Shown: positions 38,074-47,296, counted from the stretch's first letter. The stretch: DNA of 64,000 bases from Lentimicrobiaceae bacterium (GCA_018001695.1 JAGNHN010000001.1:8226-72225); one strand, 5' to 3'. Numbers and translations: made by a program. Notes: generated by a model not told the origin, from the sequence alone.

Positions 38074-39938
38074 TTGATCAGGTCACCCCTGAGTTGCCGG
38101 TAGCGTTTTCTGGCATCTACCACATACAGACTGCCAGGGTATTCGAACATCAGCTTTTCGAAAATCTCCATGGCTTTGGTTTTGTCTGCAAAGACATCCG
38201 CCTGCAACACCCCTCTCTGGTAAAGTGCATCGTCGGCCAGAATATCCTCCGGATACCTCTCTGCGAGCAGGGCCAGAAGGCTGTCTGCTGCCTGATATTC
38301 CTGCCGCTGTATCATAATCTCCGCTTTTTTAAGCAGGAGATCATCAAAGAGTGCATGGTAAGTATATGTCCGTTCCAGTTCCCTGAGCATACTGATGGCT
38401 GAATCTGTCTGATTCTGATACAGATAGAGGTCTGCCATGGCATATAAGCGGAGTGCATTCTCCGCCGAATCATTGTCCATATTGTCACTGATCAGCAGTG
38501 AAAGCTGCATGGCATCATTGGCGATGAGCTTGGACGTGGCCGCTTTGAGGATATCCAGTTGGGATTTGGCCCAATTGAATTCACCAATATAAAAGGAAAG
38601 CCTGGCATTGCTGAAACGAGCCTGATGTCCCAGGGGGTCGTCGCGGAAAGCTTTATCCACCTGACTGTAGAGGAGAGTAGCTTCCCATACCTCTCCTGAA
38701 AATAGGTAGATATCCCCTAATTGCAATTTCGTTTCAGCCAATTCATTGGGCTTAATGGTAGCCATTTGAAGGGTTGCACTAAGCATTTCAATGGCCGCTT
38801 CAGATTTATGCAGTTCAAAGGCCTGCAACCTGGCCAGGTTACGGATTAGCGAAAGCGTCTGGGGATTCTTCCCCAGTTCCTGGATCAGTTTAAGGTATTC
38901 GCTTTCCAGACCTTCCATCTGCAATCTGGTATGACCCATATTGGTCCTGAGCTCCGTATAACGAACATTGAGCAAATCGATGCGAGCCTGGGTGTAATAG
39001 ATTTCTTCAGGCCCGAGTCCCACGACATATTCAAGCGCGCTGCGGGCAGAGATATAGTCTTCATTGGCCACTGCCATTGCGGCCAGTTCAAACACCCTGG
39101 CACCGCCCTCCTGAAAACGCCGGTCCAACGCCCTGGCCTGAATCAAAGCCAGTTCAAAGTCCTTCTGCTGCATAGCATGCCAGAGCAGCATTTCTGAGTA
39201 AAGGGGCAGATCAGGGTTACGCTGCACCCTTTTCAGTAGCGCCTCCCTCAGGGCATCGTTTTTCTTGAGGTCGGGGTCATTTGAAAGCGCAGACTGCAGC
39301 CGGCTCTGCACATGCTGGATGTTGGTCCGGTCGGTCTCCAGCATGGTAAGGTACTCTTCGACCATCTCAGGAAACCGCTCCAGGCGTTCATAGAGCTGGG
39401 CCATCTCCATATGGTAACCATAATCCTTGCTGATTTTTCTTCCCTTTTCATACACTTTGATGGCGTAGTCCATCTGTTGACGGACCAGGAAGGCATTGGC
39501 GAGGTTGATGACATCCGCCCTTCCGGCCCCCATGCGCTTGACGGCATCGTCGAACTGGCTGTAGGCTGATGAAACATTGCCCTGTCGCAGCATGAGATAT
39601 CCCAGGTCCACCAGGAATCGCGGCTCATCATTGTTCCTCTTGAGGTGGCGGCGCACCAGTTTCTCAGCCTCCTTCCAATCCCCCAGTTCCATGAGGCAGA
39701 AGAGGTAATAAGTATAATAGTGCTGTTTGGGATCCGCATCATACAGGCGGCCATAAAGGGCCGCAGCCTTTTCGTAATTGCCATCCCGGAAAAACATGGT
39801 AGCCAGCTGCTCATCGTTTTTTCCCTGAGCCATGACGGAAGTGCCGGGAATCGCAGTCAGGCAAAGCAACAATAAAACCAAAGCGGCAGCAAATTGTCTG
39901 AAGCGGTATGGTATCTTGAAAAAAGGCATGTCTGTCAA
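38070..39938 (-). CDS. Secreted tetratricopeptide (TPR) repeat protein
   Basis: 622 aa with a signal peptide (...LCLTAIPGTSVMAQ) and many TPR-like A/Y/L-rich 34-aa repeats. Its stop overlaps the rsmA start by 4 nt. Confidence 0.7.
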   Translation of the reverse strand: MTDMPFFKIPYRFRQFAAALVLLLLCLTAIPGTSVMAQGKNDEQLATMFFRDGNYEKAAALYGRLYDADPKQHYYTYYLFCLMELGDWKEAEKLVRRHLKRNNDEPRFLVDLGYLMLRQGNVSSAYSQFDDAVKRMGAGRADVINLANAFLVRQQMDYAIKVYEKGRKISKDYGYHMEMAQLYERLERFPEMVEEYLTMLETDRTNIQHVQSRLQSALSNDPDLKKNDALREALLKRVQRNPDLPLYSEMLLWHAMQQKDFELALIQARALDRRFQEGGARVFELAAMAVANEDYISARSALEYVVGLGPEEIYYTQARIDLLNVRYTELRTNMGHTRLQMEGLESEYLKLIQELGKNPQTLSLIRNLARLQAFELHKSEAAIEMLSATLQMATIKPNELAETKLQLGDIYLFSGEVWEATLLYSQVDKAFRDDPLGHQARFSNARLSFYIGEFNWAKSQLDILKAATSKLIANDAMQLSLLISDNMDNDSAENALRLYAMADLYLYQNQTDSAISMLRELERTYTYHALFDDLLLKKAEIMIQRQEYQAADSLLALLAERYPEDILADDALYQRGVLQADVFADKTKAMEIFEKLMFEYPGSLYVVDARKRYRQLRGDLIN

Positions 39939-39949
39939 TGCTGTTGTCC

Positions 39950-41230
39950 TTAAACAACCGGAAGGCTGATCTTGTTGAATCCGGTATAGGGAATCAGCAC
40001 TTCAGGTATCCGGATGTGGTCTTCCTCCTGGTAGTTTTCCAGCAGGGCGGCCACAATACGCGGTAACGCCAGCGCGCTGCCATTTAGTGTATGCGCCAGG
40101 CGTGTTTTGCCGTCCTTCCCCTTAAACCGGAGTTTCATCCTGTTGGCCTGGAAGGTCTGGAAATTCGATACGGAGCTGACCTCCAGCCAACGTCCCTGGC
40201 CGGCGGCCCATACTTCAAGGTCATAGGTCTTGGAAGAGGCAAAGCTCATGTCGCCCCCACAGAGGTTCAGGATGCGGAAAGGCAGGCCCAGCAGGCGCAA
40301 CAATCCGGCGACATGGTCTTTCATTTCTTCCAACGCTGTCCAGCTGTGGTCGGGATGTTGTATCTGCACGATTTCCACTTTATCGAACTGATGCAGGCGG
40401 TTGAGACCCCTGACATCCTTGCCATATGATCCTGCCTCACGCCTGAAGCAGCTGGAATAAGCCACATTTCGTATTGGAAGCTGACCCTCCTCCAGTATCA
40501 TATCGCGGTAAAAATTCGTCACTGGCACCTCAGCCGTTGGGATAAGGTATAGATCATCAACACCGACATGGTACATCTGACCTTCCTTGTCGGGAAGCTG
40601 CCCGGTGCCGAAACCGCTATCTGCATTTACAAGCAGCGGTGGTTGGTACTCCAGATAACCTGCGGCAACAGCCTTGTCGAGGAAGAAATTGATCAGGGCG
40701 CGTTGCAGCCTGGCTCCCTGGCCCCGGTATACCGGAAATCCGGCACCGGTGATCTTGCTTCCCAGATCGAAATCGATGATCTGGTAACGTGATGTCAGCT
40801 CCCAATGAGGCTTAAGTCCCTGTGGATCACGATGTGCCCCTTCCTGCAGCACGATGGCATTGTCTTCGGCACTGCGTCCTTCGGGGACACTGGTATGGGG
40901 GATATTGGGAATTTCCGTCAATATCTGCTGCTGTTCCGCGGTGATCTTGTCGAGCAGTTCGCTGAATTCCCTGGATTCTTTTTTATTCTCCGCCATCCTG
41001 GCTTTGATGCCTTCGGCTTCAGAGGATTTCCCCTGTTTGATCAGATCTCCGATCTGACGGGAGAGCTCCTTGCCTTCTGACAGCCTGTCATCCTGTTCTT
41101 TCTGGGTCCGGCGCCGCTGCTCATCCAGTTCGATGATCCGGTCAACCAGTCCAGGATCTCTGAAATACTTCTTCTTCAGGCCTTCTTTGATCATCTCAGG
41201 GTTTTCCCTGATCATGGCTATCTCGAGCAT
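39950..41230 (-). CDS. serS: Seryl-tRNA synthetase
   Basis: 426 aa. Starts MLEIAMIRENPE and has class-II motifs (CFRREAGS...). The start at 41230 is supported by a TAATTTTG box 17 nt upstream. A terminator hairpin lies inside the longer track ORF. Confidence 0.96.
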   Translation of the reverse strand: MLEIAMIRENPEMIKEGLKKKYFRDPGLVDRIIELDEQRRRTQKEQDDRLSEGKELSRQIGDLIKQGKSSEAEGIKARMAENKKESREFSELLDKITAEQQQILTEIPNIPHTSVPEGRSAEDNAIVLQEGAHRDPQGLKPHWELTSRYQIIDFDLGSKITGAGFPVYRGQGARLQRALINFFLDKAVAAGYLEYQPPLLVNADSGFGTGQLPDKEGQMYHVGVDDLYLIPTAEVPVTNFYRDMILEEGQLPIRNVAYSSCFRREAGSYGKDVRGLNRLHQFDKVEIVQIQHPDHSWTALEEMKDHVAGLLRLLGLPFRILNLCGGDMSFASSKTYDLEVWAAGQGRWLEVSSVSNFQTFQANRMKLRFKGKDGKTRLAHTLNGSALALPRIVAALLENYQEEDHIRIPEVLIPYTGFNKISLPVV

Positions 41231-41247
41231 ATTGTCAATTTTTTGCG

Positions 41248-41255
41248 CAAAATTA
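41248..41255 (-). promoter_or_regulatory. -7 box (TAATTTTG) upstream of serS
   Basis: Exact match, 17 nt upstream of the ATG at 41230 and just downstream of the rpmA terminator. Confidence 0.5.
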
Positions 41256-41265
41256 GCAGGTATAT

Positions 41266-41300
41266 AAAACAAAAAGTCTCCCGTCATCTTGGCGGGAGAC
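41266..41300 (-). terminator. Rho-independent terminator after rpmA
   Basis: On the minus strand the sequence reads GTCTCCCGccaagatgaCGGGAGACtttttgtttt. It lies between the rpmA stop (41341) and the serS start (41230). Confidence 0.75.
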
Positions 41301-41340
41301 ATAAAATCTTCAGACAGGTGTAGCCGTTCGGGGCTGTTGA

Positions 41341-41610
41341 TCAGCCTTCCTGTTTGTCCGCCGGAATGACGCTGACATAGGATCTGTCATTGCTGCGGCG
41401 ACGGAATTCCACCACGCCATCGGAGAGGGCAAACAAGGAATGATCCTTGCCCATACCTACGTTAATGCCCGGATAGTGGCGGGTACCTCTTTGACGCACG
41501 ATGATATTCCCTGCCCTGGCCAGTTGGCCACCATATATTTTTACGCCCAGACGTTTACTTTCTGATTCGCGACCGTTGCTTGAACTACCAGCACCTTTTT
41601 TATGAGCCAT
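41341..41610 (-). CDS. rpmA: 50S ribosomal protein L27
   Basis: 89 aa, [24 protein letters not shown]... Confidence 0.97.
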   Translation of the reverse strand: MAHKKGAGSSSNGRESESKRLGVKIYGGQLARAGNIIVRQRGTRHYPGINVGMGKDHSLFALSDGVVEFRRRSNDRSYVSVIPADKQEG

Positions 41611-41636
41611 AACTGTGTTCCTTTCTTATGATTTGA

Positions 41637-42008
41637 TTATTCGGCAGGGGTTTCAACGGCAGGGGTTTCAACGGCAACTTTCTTGCTGCGTCCTGCTTTG
41701 GCGGAGATCTCTTCGATATGGATATGGGTAAGATCCTGGCGGTGGCCATTGGATTTCTGATATCCTTTGCGGCGTTTCTTCTTGAAAACGATCACCTTAT
41801 CGCCACGCATATGCTTCAGGACCGTCGCCTTAACACTGGCGCCGTCGATCAGGGGTGTCCCAATCGTCACCTTGCCATCATTGTCAATCAACATGACTTT
41901 GTCGAAACTCATGCTGCTGCCTTCTTCAGCCTGCAGGCGGTGCACATAGATCTTCTGATCCTTCTGAACTTTGAACTGCTGGCCTGCAATGTCAACTATT
42001 GCGTACAT
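41637..42008 (-). CDS. rplU: 50S ribosomal protein L21 (with short repetitive C-terminal tail)
   Basis: 123 aa. Starts MYAIVDIAGQQFKV. The C-terminal tail ...VAVETPAVETPAE is encoded by a 15-nt tandem duplication. Confidence 0.95.
   Translation of the reverse strand: MYAIVDIAGQQFKVQKDQKIYVHRLQAEEGSSMSFDKVMLIDNDGKVTIGTPLIDGASVKATVLKHMRGDKVIVFKKKRRKGYQKSNGHRQDLTHIHIEEISAKAGRSKKVAVETPAVETPAE
41643..41672 (-). repeat. 15-nt perfect tandem duplication inside the rplU 3' end
   Basis: The unit ggcaggggtttcaac occurs twice in tandem and encodes AVETP-AVETP in the L21 tail. Confidence 0.9.
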
Positions 42009-42041
42009 AATGTATATGCTTTACCTCCAAATTTGGGCTTG

Positions 42042-42049
42042 CAAAGATA
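42042..42049 (-). promoter_or_regulatory. -7 box (TATCTTTG) upstream of rplU-rpmA
   Basis: Exact match, 33 nt upstream of the ATG at 42008. Confidence 0.45.
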
Positions 42050-42106
42050 TTGAAATTATTATTCATACCAAGCCATGGCAGAATTTTTCTTCCAAAATCC
42101 CGCGAT

Positions 42107-42274
42107 CAGTTCTCAGCGAACAGTTGGCAGCAATCAGTTTTCAGCGAACAGTTCTCAGCGATCATTTGTCAGTTGACAGCCATCAATTGACAGCCATCAG
42201 CAGTCTCTGAAAACTGAATACTGTCATCTGCTAACTGAATCATTCGTAATTCGTCATTCGTCATTCCTAATTAA
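42107..42274. repeat. 24 in-register heptanucleotide units (three subfamilies: CAGnnnn x14, nnCTGnn x5, TnATTCn x5)
   Basis: Read directly in steps of 7 from 42107, with no register break over 168 bp. The tract is intergenic, between the DMT gene stop and the rplU -7 box. Confidence 0.85.
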
Positions 42275-43210
42275 CTAAGGGTTTTCTGTTAAACGTCTTT
42301 TCGCCAGAAATCCCCGGAGCAGGGCGATGGGGTTGTGGATGTTGGAAAGTGCAACCCCCAGCAGGATGAGTATGATCCAGAAAATGTACTGGATACGGAA
42401 TACCTCCCCGTCGACAATGCCCCAAAGCACCGCCACCACCGGCATCAGATAGGTTACAGAAGAAGCAAACAAGGGCGTGGTCATGTGGATCAGCTTGTTA
42501 TAGGCCATCAGCGACAGGCCTGTACCCACCATCCCAAGGATGGCCACGATGAGAATACCCTGCCAGATATCCGGGCGGCTGCTGACGTGATCCAGAAAAG
42601 GCGTGCATGTCAGCAGGCCTGTCAATACCGGTGGCCCTACAAGAAAAAAGGCCAGCGACGTGATGGTCACCGGGTTGAGGTGCATGAGCTTGCTCTTGAT
42701 CACGTTGGCGTTGACGGCATAGAACAGGGTAGCCAGGATGATGTAAGCGGCATAGCCAACATTGAAACGGAAGGATGCTTCTCCACTGACGCTGATCAGC
42801 CCAACGGCACCGGTTAGTCCGATAAACACCCCAGCTATCTGCATAATCCCTGCAGGTCGCCTGAAGAATGCCAGGCCCAGCAACATGGTAAATAAAGGGG
42901 TGAGGCTGTTCAGCATACCCGCCAACGAGCTGTCGATGCCACGCTGCGCCAGTGGGAATAGAAATGAAGGTATCGTGCTACCGATGAACCCTGAAATGGC
43001 CAGAAAGAGCCAGGTGCTACGGTCGAAGCGCCGGATACGCTTGATGGCATAGGGCAGTAGAAGCAGCCAGGCCATGACCATGCGTAAGCCGCCCACTTCG
43101 ATGGCATCGAAATACAGCAGGGCTTTTTTGATAAGGATAAAGGAGCTCCCCCATATCAGCATCAGGCTGAACAGGATAAACCAGGCCAGGGGGACCTCTT
43201 TACGTGCCAT
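42275..43210 (-). CDS. DMT-superfamily (EamA) transporter
   Basis: 311 aa with about 10 hydrophobic helices arranged as two EamA-like halves. Confidence 0.85.
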   Translation of the reverse strand: MARKEVPLAWFILFSLMLIWGSSFILIKKALLYFDAIEVGGLRMVMAWLLLLPYAIKRIRRFDRSTWLFLAISGFIGSTIPSFLFPLAQRGIDSSLAGMLNSLTPLFTMLLGLAFFRRPAGIMQIAGVFIGLTGAVGLISVSGEASFRFNVGYAAYIILATLFYAVNANVIKSKLMHLNPVTITSLAFFLVGPPVLTGLLTCTPFLDHVSSRPDIWQGILIVAILGMVGTGLSLMAYNKLIHMTTPLFASSVTYLMPVVAVLWGIVDGEVFRIQYIFWIILILLGVALSNIHNPIALLRGFLAKRRLTENP

Positions 43211-43214
43211 GCGG

Positions 43215-43222
43215 CAAAGGTA
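43215..43222 (-). promoter_or_regulatory. -7 box (TACCTTTG) 4 nt upstream of DMT transporter start (leaderless-type)
   Basis: Exact match. Confidence 0.4.
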
Positions 43223-43301
43223 GTGAGCGCAGGCACACGCTACTCAAAATCCTCAGGTATCTTCATGCCTTCCTGATGTCGGGCACTCTGCTGCATTTCC
43301 T

Positions 43302-43309
43302 TACATTTG
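43302..43309 (+). promoter_or_regulatory. -7 box (TACATTTG) upstream of aldehyde dehydrogenase
   Basis: Exact match, 19 nt upstream of the ATG at 43329. Confidence 0.45.
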
Positions 43310-43328
43310 ATCAATAAAAACTCCTTGG

Positions 43329-44750
43329 ATGAAGAGTACTCCCTATTTTGCTGCAGGCCGGTTCCGCGCTGAAGGCGACCGCATGAAGGTCATGAATCCA
43401 TACACCGGCAAACAGGTGGGTTCGGTGGTACTGGCTGGTCCTGAAGTCCTGGATGGCTGCATCCGCGCCGGCATGGATGCATTGGAAGTATTGTCAGATA
43501 CTCCATTGCACCAGCGCAGCCAATGGCTTGCGGCCATCGCAGGGGAAATGGAAAACAGCAGGGAAACCCTGGCGGAGATACTCATGCAGGAAAGCGGGAA
43601 ACCCATACGACTGGCCATGGGCGAAACGGATCGTGCGATCCAGACCTTCCGGATCGCTGCTCAGGAGGTACTGCGACAGCCTGGCGAATACCTGCCTGTC
43701 GACTGGACACCGGCAGGAGAGGGCAAGGAAGCATGGATACGTCATTTCCCTGCAGGGATCGTAGCTGGCATATCTCCCTTCAATTTTCCCTTAAACCTCA
43801 GTGCACACAAGATCGCTCCCGCTCTGGCTGCCGGTTGTCCGATCATCCTCAAGCCATCCTCTTCCACACCGCTTTCAGCGCTGGCGATGGCCGGGGCTAT
43901 TCAGGCGGCAGGACTGCCTGCAGGAAGTGTGTCGGTCTTACCCATGAAGCGGGAGCATGGCGACCTGCTGGTGACCGATCCCCGTTTTGCTGTGCTCAGT
44001 TTCACAGGTTCCCCGGAAGTGGGCTGGTCCATGAAGTCCAGGGCCGGAAAAAAGAAAGTCATACTGGAACTGGGTGGCAATGCCGGTGTGATCATCACGC
44101 CCAGTTCAGACCTGGATCTGGCAGTGAATAAATGTGTCAGTGGTGGCTTTGCATACTCGGGACAGGTATGCATTCATACCCAGCGCATTTTTGTTCACCG
44201 GGAAGTATTCGATGCTTTTTCGACGGCCTTTGTGAAGGCTGTAAACCGTCTCAAAGCCGGAGACCCTGCCGATCAGAATACAGATATTTCTGTTATGATC
44301 GATGAAGCCAATGCCATCCGTGTGGCGTCCTGGCTGGAAGAGGCCACCCGGGAAGGCGCCACGATCCTGACAGGGGGACAGCGGCAGGGCTCCTATCTGG
44401 AGCCTACGGTGGTCACCAACACTAAGCCACACATGAAAATCTGTGAACTTGAAATCTTCGGCCCGGTTGTCACTTTGGAACCCTATGACACACTGGATGA
44501 AGCCATTGGATGGATCAATGAGGGGCGTTACGGCCTGCAGGCCGGGATATTCACCCGCCATATTGATGAGATGAATCAAGCCTTCAGAAATCTCCAGGTA
44601 GGAGGTGTCATTCTGAATGATGTGCCTACTTTCAGGGTCGATCACATGCCTTACGGCGGGGTGAAAGATTCGGGCCTGGGCCGCGAAGGAGTCAGGTATG
44701 CCATGCTGGAAATGATGGAACCACGTATCCTCGTAAAGCCCATGATATAA
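43329..44750 (+). CDS. NAD(P)-dependent aldehyde dehydrogenase family protein
   Basis: 473 aa. Motifs FNFPLNL, ELGGNAG (catalytic Glu context), GQVCIHTQR (catalytic Cys context) and EIFGPV. Confidence 0.9.
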   Translation: MKSTPYFAAGRFRAEGDRMKVMNPYTGKQVGSVVLAGPEVLDGCIRAGMDALEVLSDTPLHQRSQWLAAIAGEMENSRETLAEILMQESGKPIRLAMGETDRAIQTFRIAAQEVLRQPGEYLPVDWTPAGEGKEAWIRHFPAGIVAGISPFNFPLNLSAHKIAPALAAGCPIILKPSSSTPLSALAMAGAIQAAGLPAGSVSVLPMKREHGDLLVTDPRFAVLSFTGSPEVGWSMKSRAGKKKVILELGGNAGVIITPSSDLDLAVNKCVSGGFAYSGQVCIHTQRIFVHREVFDAFSTAFVKAVNRLKAGDPADQNTDISVMIDEANAIRVASWLEEATREGATILTGGQRQGSYLEPTVVTNTKPHMKICELEIFGPVVTLEPYDTLDEAIGWINEGRYGLQAGIFTRHIDEMNQAFRNLQVGGVILNDVPTFRVDHMPYGGVKDSGLGREGVRYAMLEMMEPRILVKPMI

Positions 44751-44801
44751 ATATAATTTGCAGCTATGTAAAACGTGCTTGTATGTGTTTTCTGAATTTA
44801 C

Positions 44802-44809
44802 TATATTTG
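44802..44809 (+). promoter_or_regulatory. -7 box (TATATTTG) upstream of 733-aa T9SS cargo gene
   Basis: Exact match, 57 nt upstream of the ATG. The octamer is identical to the one at the neighbouring cargo gene. Confidence 0.4.
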
Positions 44810-44866
44810 GCGGGAACACTGCATTGAGGCAGTTCAGATCATTCATTTATCAAAAACCATCTCTGC

Positions 44867-47068
44867 ATGAAAACATCTACACGCATTGCTTTCTTTTTGT
44901 TGCTGCTGGCAGTAAACAGCCTGCTTTGCCAGGGGCAACTGCGGTTCGCTGAAACCAGCGATTTGCCTGGCATTTCCAGCTTCATGCATGCAAACCAGGC
45001 ATCAGAAGTGGATCCTAACGCCCTTCCGGACGCACGACAAACAGGAAACCAGGAAGCCATCTGGGATATTCAGTTTGCCTTTCCACTGGACACCATCCTC
45101 GGTACGGTTGGCCTCGCAGGCGCTGAAACCAATGGTACCTACTTCATGGCGACGCATTGGGGCAGCGCCGGCACCAAAAATATTTACCGTCTTACTATGG
45201 CCGGTGTATTTGTTGACAGCATCGTTCCGACCTGGATTACAACGAGTACCAGTGGTCTCAGAGACCTGGCCTGGGACGGGTATTATTTTTATGGGTCCGA
45301 TGTAACTACAACCATTTATTGTTTCAACCAGAGTGGCACCCTCATAAATACCATCACTTCTCCTGTGGCTGCACGTGCCATCGCTTATGATGAAGTGAAT
45401 GATGCCTTCTGGGTCAATAATTTTGCCACAACACTCACCCTCATCAGCCGGACAGGAACAACCCTGAACACCATTACGACCCCTCCCAGTATGTATGGCT
45501 GTGCCTATGATAATGTCACACCAGGTGGTCCCTTTCTCTGGATCTTCACAGGAACCAGCACTGGTGGTGGCTGTCAGATCCAAAAATATGTCATCGCCAC
45601 CAAAACCCTGACAACGGTTAACCACAGCGTGAGCGGAGATTTCGGTGCCGCCTCCATTGCAGGTGGTTTATTCTCCCACCCGAATATCGTTCCAGGGAAG
45701 TACACCGTTGGTGGTCTGGCACAAGGGTCCTTGAAGCTGTTTGGTTATGAAGTGGGTAGTACGGGAACGCTGCCACCCAATGACCTTGGTGTTTCTGCTA
45801 TCGTATCTCCCGTATCCGGCATCCTCACCAATGCCGAACAGGTCAAGGTCTCGGTAAACAATTTTGGCACGGCTGCCCAATCAAACTTTACGGTGAGTTA
45901 TAAAGTCGGGACAGGCACAACTGTGACGGAGACCGTCACAGCCAGTGTTGCTTCCGGTGCCACGTATGACCATACGTTTGCCCAGACGGTGGACATGAGC
46001 GCCTCAGGTGCTACATACGTTATCAAGGCATGGACCAATCTTACCAGCGATACAGTTCATAGTAATGACACCACGACCAAATCCGTTACCAACTACTCCA
46101 CGACAACACCATGGGGAATACAGTTCCAATATCCGGCTGCTACAACCACCTTGGGGGTTGGACTGGCCGGTGCGGAGTGGAACGGCACGCATTTCTTTGT
46201 GGCAGAATGGGGCTCTGCAGGCAATCGCAAGGTCTTTAAGCTGAATGTGAATGGTACCCTTGCCGGGCAATTTACACCCACCTGGATTCCAGGCACTTCA
46301 GGACTACGTGACCTTGCTTTTGATGGCCTGTATTTGTATGGATCCGATGTCACCAATACCATTTATTGCTTCGATGCTACAGGCAACATCGTGAACACCA
46401 TCACCTCACCCGTAGCGGTAAGGGCCATTGCCTATGATGAGCTCAGCGATGCCTTCTGGGTCAATAACTTTTCGACCGACATTACCCTTGTCAGCCGTGC
46501 GGGTGCCATCCTCAATGTCATCGGAACACCTCCCAGCATCTATGGACTGGCCTATGATAACGTAACCAGCAACGGTCCTTATCTCTGGCTTTTCTCAGGA
46601 ACCACATCCGGAGCAGGCTGCCAGGTAGAGCAATTTAAGATCTCGACCGGAACAGCCACCGGAGTTACTCACAGCGTATCAGGAGATTTTGGCGCCGCTG
46701 CCATTGCAGGAGGCTTGTTCTCGGCCACAGACATTGTCCAGGGAACTTTCACCCTTGGTGGATTGGCCCAGTCTACACAAATCCTGTTCGGATATTTTAT
46801 TGATATGGTTACAGGTAAGCCTTATCAGCCTGTACAGGAGATTTCGCTGGAAGTATATCCTAACCCGGTATCGGATCAGCTCTTCATCCGTTCTGACCAA
46901 AGCCTGACCAGGGTTGAACTATACAACCAGCAAGGACAGAGACTTTTGCATCGTGATGTTACCGGAAAACAGGCTTCCCTGGATGTTCAGACGCTCAGCA
47001 GTGGTGTCTACTTTGTGCGCATCGAAACAGCGAAAGGCAACATTACGAAAAAGATCAGTCTGCATTAG
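44867..47068 (+). CDS. T9SS type-A cargo protein: two copies of an unassigned ~231-aa module flanking a CARDB-like domain
   Basis: 733 aa with a signal peptide (FFLLLLAVNSLLCQGQ). Module copies span aa 65-296 and 415-645. A CARDB-like segment is NDLGVSAIVSP...NNFGTAAQSNF. The CTD is LEVYPNPVSDQLFI...GVYFVRIETAKG. Confidence 0.75.
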   Translation: MKTSTRIAFFLLLLAVNSLLCQGQLRFAETSDLPGISSFMHANQASEVDPNALPDARQTGNQEAIWDIQFAFPLDTILGTVGLAGAETNGTYFMATHWGSAGTKNIYRLTMAGVFVDSIVPTWITTSTSGLRDLAWDGYYFYGSDVTTTIYCFNQSGTLINTITSPVAARAIAYDEVNDAFWVNNFATTLTLISRTGTTLNTITTPPSMYGCAYDNVTPGGPFLWIFTGTSTGGGCQIQKYVIATKTLTTVNHSVSGDFGAASIAGGLFSHPNIVPGKYTVGGLAQGSLKLFGYEVGSTGTLPPNDLGVSAIVSPVSGILTNAEQVKVSVNNFGTAAQSNFTVSYKVGTGTTVTETVTASVASGATYDHTFAQTVDMSASGATYVIKAWTNLTSDTVHSNDTTTKSVTNYSTTTPWGIQFQYPAATTTLGVGLAGAEWNGTHFFVAEWGSAGNRKVFKLNVNGTLAGQFTPTWIPGTSGLRDLAFDGLYLYGSDVTNTIYCFDATGNIVNTITSPVAVRAIAYDELSDAFWVNNFSTDITLVSRAGAILNVIGTPPSIYGLAYDNVTSNGPYLWLFSGTTSGAGCQVEQFKISTGTATGVTHSVSGDFGAAAIAGGLFSATDIVQGTFTLGGLAQSTQILFGYFIDMVTGKPYQPVQEISLEVYPNPVSDQLFIRSDQSLTRVELYNQQGQRLLHRDVTGKQASLDVQTLSSGVYFVRIETAKGNITKKISLH
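45059..45754 (+). repeat. Copy 1 of unassigned ~231-aa protein module (IWDIQF...FGYEV)
   Basis: Aligns end to end with copies 2 and 3. By eye, more than half the positions are identical (not counted). Shared blocks are GLAGAE, WGS(A/S)G, SGLRDLA(W/F)DG, Y(C)F, TSPVAxRAIAYD, DAFWVNNF, TPPSxYGxAYDNV, GP(F/Y)LW(I/L)F, HSVSGD(F/L)GA and IAGGLFS. Confidence 0.85.
46109..46801 (+). repeat. Copy 2 of unassigned ~231-aa protein module (PWGIQF...FGYFI)
   Basis: Same conserved blocks as copy 1, within the same gene. Confidence 0.85.
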
Positions 47069-47220
47069 TTCATGATGCATTGATCGAAATCATGTGAGTG
47101 AAAACTGTCCCAGCATAACGTCTGACGGACATCTGAAGGCTTTGGGGCAATGTGTATTCCTTATTAAAAATCATTTTCCAATATGTGGACAGATTGACTT
47201 GTCTGCTTCAATGGAATGAG

Positions 47221-47228
47221 TATATTTG
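47221..47228 (+). promoter_or_regulatory. -7 box (TATATTTG) upstream of 1311-aa T9SS cargo gene
   Basis: Exact match, 68 nt upstream of the ATG at 47297. Confidence 0.4.
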
Positions 47229-47296
47229 CCCTCTTCACTTAGTTTACAAACAGCGAACTTTGTACTAAACCTCTTTATTAACTAAAATCAGATGTT

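Noticed and set aside
41231-41302. N-terminal extension of the serS ORF (track ORF starts at 41302).
   Set aside because: The extension contains the rpmA rho-independent terminator hairpin (41276-41300) and the TAATTTTG box. The canonical SerS N-terminus MLEIAMIRENPE begins at 41230.
42024-42028. GGAGG (minus strand) upstream of rplU as a Shine-Dalgarno site.
   Set aside because: It lies 15 nt from the ATG, too far for a functional SD. Other genes in the window show no SD.
41971-42210. 79-aa ORF running through the heptamer tract.
   Set aside because: Its apparent heptad-like peptide periodicity is a by-product of the 7-nt DNA repeat. It overlaps the rplU start and promoter and has no start context or family resemblance.
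47069-47100. Inverted repeat CATGAT...ATCATG right after the 733-aa gene stop.
   Set aside because: It has a 6-bp stem, a 12-nt loop and no T-run. It is not convincing as a terminator or regulatory hairpin.
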